The notes below the pieces were generated by a model. It was not told the DNA's origin and did no database searches. It worked only from the letters and a program-made list of their open reading frames with translations. A stretch of 32,000 nucleotides of DNA from Methylophaga frappieri (GTDB taxonomy: Bacteria; Pseudomonadota; Gammaproteobacteria; Nitrosococcales; Methylophagaceae): the NCBI RefSeq assembly GCF_000260965.1, contig NC_017856.1:90001-122000 (forward strand), in the 5' to 3' direction. Below are positions 30,722-32,000 of this stretch, piece by piece. How positions within the stretch are numbered: the stretch's first letter is position 1; every line of letters begins with the position of its first letter. A program made the translations under genes and the position numbers.

Positions 30722-30818
30722 GTTTTTGTGACTTTCGATTGCGTTAATGACGAGTTAAACCGTATCTCTGGCCGCCTGCTGCCAACATTTTCATGAAAAA
30801 TGCCGGCCAAAGAATGTG

Positions 30819-31415
30819 TTATTGGCGTGCCAGTATGATGGGCTTGATCGTGGCACGATAAAAACGCATGAATAACAGCGTTGCCAGAATAAAGATATAC
30901 AGCAATGGCTCACGAATATCGGCCTTCACCAACATCAAAAAATGCAGACAGGCCAGACAGGCAATCACGTAAGTCAGTTTATGTAGTTTTTTCCAGCGCC
31001 GACCAAGCCGTTTTATCATCGCCTTGGTGGAAGTGGCCGCAAGTGGCACTAATAACGTGAAGCTGATAAAGCCAATCGTAATGAAGGGTCGTTCGATGAT
31101 ATCAGCGAGAATTTCCGGCCAGTCAAAAAACTTATCAAGCCATAGGTATAGCAACATGTGCAAACAGGCGTAAAAAAAACAATATAGCCCCATCATACGT
31201 CGGAATTGAATCCACCCAGGCCAATCAGTCAACCAGCGTAATGGGGTCATCGTTAATGTAATCAACAAAAATCGTAACGCCCAGGTACCGGAATCACGCG
31301 TGACTTCTTCGATTGGGTTTGCGCCAAGCTGATCGGTCAATACGGCATAGGTGAGCCAAGCTGCTGGCGCGAATGCCAGCAAAAACACGACTATCTTGAT
31401 ACGGGCAATAGACAT
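30819..31415 (-). CDS. msrQ: Protein-methionine-sulfoxide reductase heme-binding subunit
   Basis: Collinear with E. coli MsrQ/YedZ. I chose the start at MSIARIKIVVF..., 10 nt after the msrP stop. The longer ORF beginning at 31454 would overlap msrP. Confidence 0.8.
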   Translation of the reverse strand: MSIARIKIVVFLLAFAPAAWLTYAVLTDQLGANPIEEVTRDSGTWALRFLLITLTMTPLRWLTDWPGWIQFRRMMGLYCFFYACLHMLLYLWLDKFFDWPEILADIIERPFITIGFISFTLLVPLAATSTKAMIKRLGRRWKKLHKLTYVIACLACLHFLMLVKADIREPLLYIFILATLLFMRFYRATIKPIILARQ

Positions 31416-31425
31416 GTCGAATGAT

Positions 31426-32000
31426 CTAGAAGTATTTGCGCAAATCCATGCCATCGTACAGATCGGCTACTTCCTCACCATAGCCATTGAACATTAGCGT
31501 TTCGCGTTTTAAAAACTCACCAATCCGCCGTTCACGCTTCTGACTCCAGCGGGGATGATCAACGTCAGGGTTTACATTGGAATAAAATCCATATTCGTTG
31601 GGACCTGCAAGCATCCATGTCGTGGTTGGCATCCGCTCGACAAAGCGGATCCGAACAATAGACTTAATGCTTTTAAAACCATATTTCCAAGGTACAACAA
31701 GTCGAATCGGTGCGCCGTTTTGTCCCGGCATCTCATGCCCGTAAAGGCCAATCGCCAACAAGGTCAATGGATGCATGGCTTCATCCATGCGCAGAGCCTC
31801 GATATAAGGCCACTGGAGGACTTCTCGACGTTGTCCCGGCATTTGCTCAGGGTCAAACAAAGTCGTGAATTCAACAAACTTGGCATTGGTATTAGGCTGT
31901 GCTGCTTTTAATACCGCGGCCAGAGGAAAACCCGTCCACGGAATAACCATCGACCAGCCTTCAACACAACGCAAGCGGTAAATTCGCTCTTCCAGATCTT
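31426..32000 (-). CDS. msrP: Protein-methionine-sulfoxide reductase catalytic (molybdopterin) subunit. Only the 3' part is present because the gene runs off the window.
   Basis: The open frame continues to base 32000 (…[20 protein letters not shown]…). Collinear with the C-terminal half of MsrP/YedY. Confidence 0.85.
   Translation of the reverse strand, partial: DLEERIYRLRCVEGWSMVIPWTGFPLAAVLKAAQPNTNAKFVEFTTLFDPEQMPGQRREVLQWPYIEALRMDEAMHPLTLLAIGLYGHEMPGQNGAPIRLVVPWKYGFKSIKSIVRIRFVERMPTTTWMLAGPNEYGFYSNVNPDVDHPRWSQKRERRIGEFLKRETLMFNGYGEEVADLYDGMDLRKYF

Noticed and set aside
30771-30810. 11-bp-stem hairpin on the minus-strand RNA (GCCGGCAUUUU-UCAUG-AAAAUGUUGGC) just downstream of msrQ
   Set aside because: No U-tract follows it, so I do not call it an intrinsic terminator. 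It may be a 3'-end stabiliser or a protein-binding near-palindrome, but the sequence alone does not support a specific call.
30668-30818. PdhR-type operator upstream of aceE
   Set aside because: No ATTGGT-n3-ACCAAT-like palindrome is visible and no pdhR gene is present upstream.

Overview
This looks like a gammaproteobacterial chromosomal segment. It is mostly conserved core metabolism, with one accessory, metal-related locus that a transposon has damaged.

Core genes, left to right:
- hmp, truncated at the 5' end by the window edge
- yeaD-like epimerase, slyD and icd on the minus strand
- rluE-nudJ-mnmA-hflD on the plus strand, in the same order as E. coli
- a lone fetB-like permease and acnB on the minus strand
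- purB, translationally coupled to two uncharacterised genes, followed by a nitroreductase
- a GGDEF cyclase, argG, a Dam-family methyltransferase, the lpd-aceF-aceE pyruvate dehydrogenase operon and msrQ-msrP, all on the minus strand

Accessory part (about 1.2-9.5 kb):
- It contains a tightly overlapping minus-strand operon: response regulator, histidine kinase, cupredoxin-like protein, FTR1-type permease and a beta-barrel outer-membrane protein.
- Upstream on the same strand lie a PepSY-TM/DUF2271 fusion gene and a DUF4198-like gene.
- A 3,211-bp Tn3-family element (4853-8063) sits between the two. It carries only a transposase, has perfect 43-bp terminal inverted repeats and has no target-site duplication.
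- It removes the N-terminus of the response regulator and the C-terminus of the DUF4198-like gene.

I see no rRNA, tRNA, CRISPR array, prophage or recognisable defence system. The most interesting candidates are the FTR1/ligand-less cupredoxin/OMP module and the pair of unknown genes coupled to purB, one of which looks like a miniature secretin.

All family assignments rest on motif and homology recognition by eye. No database search was run.
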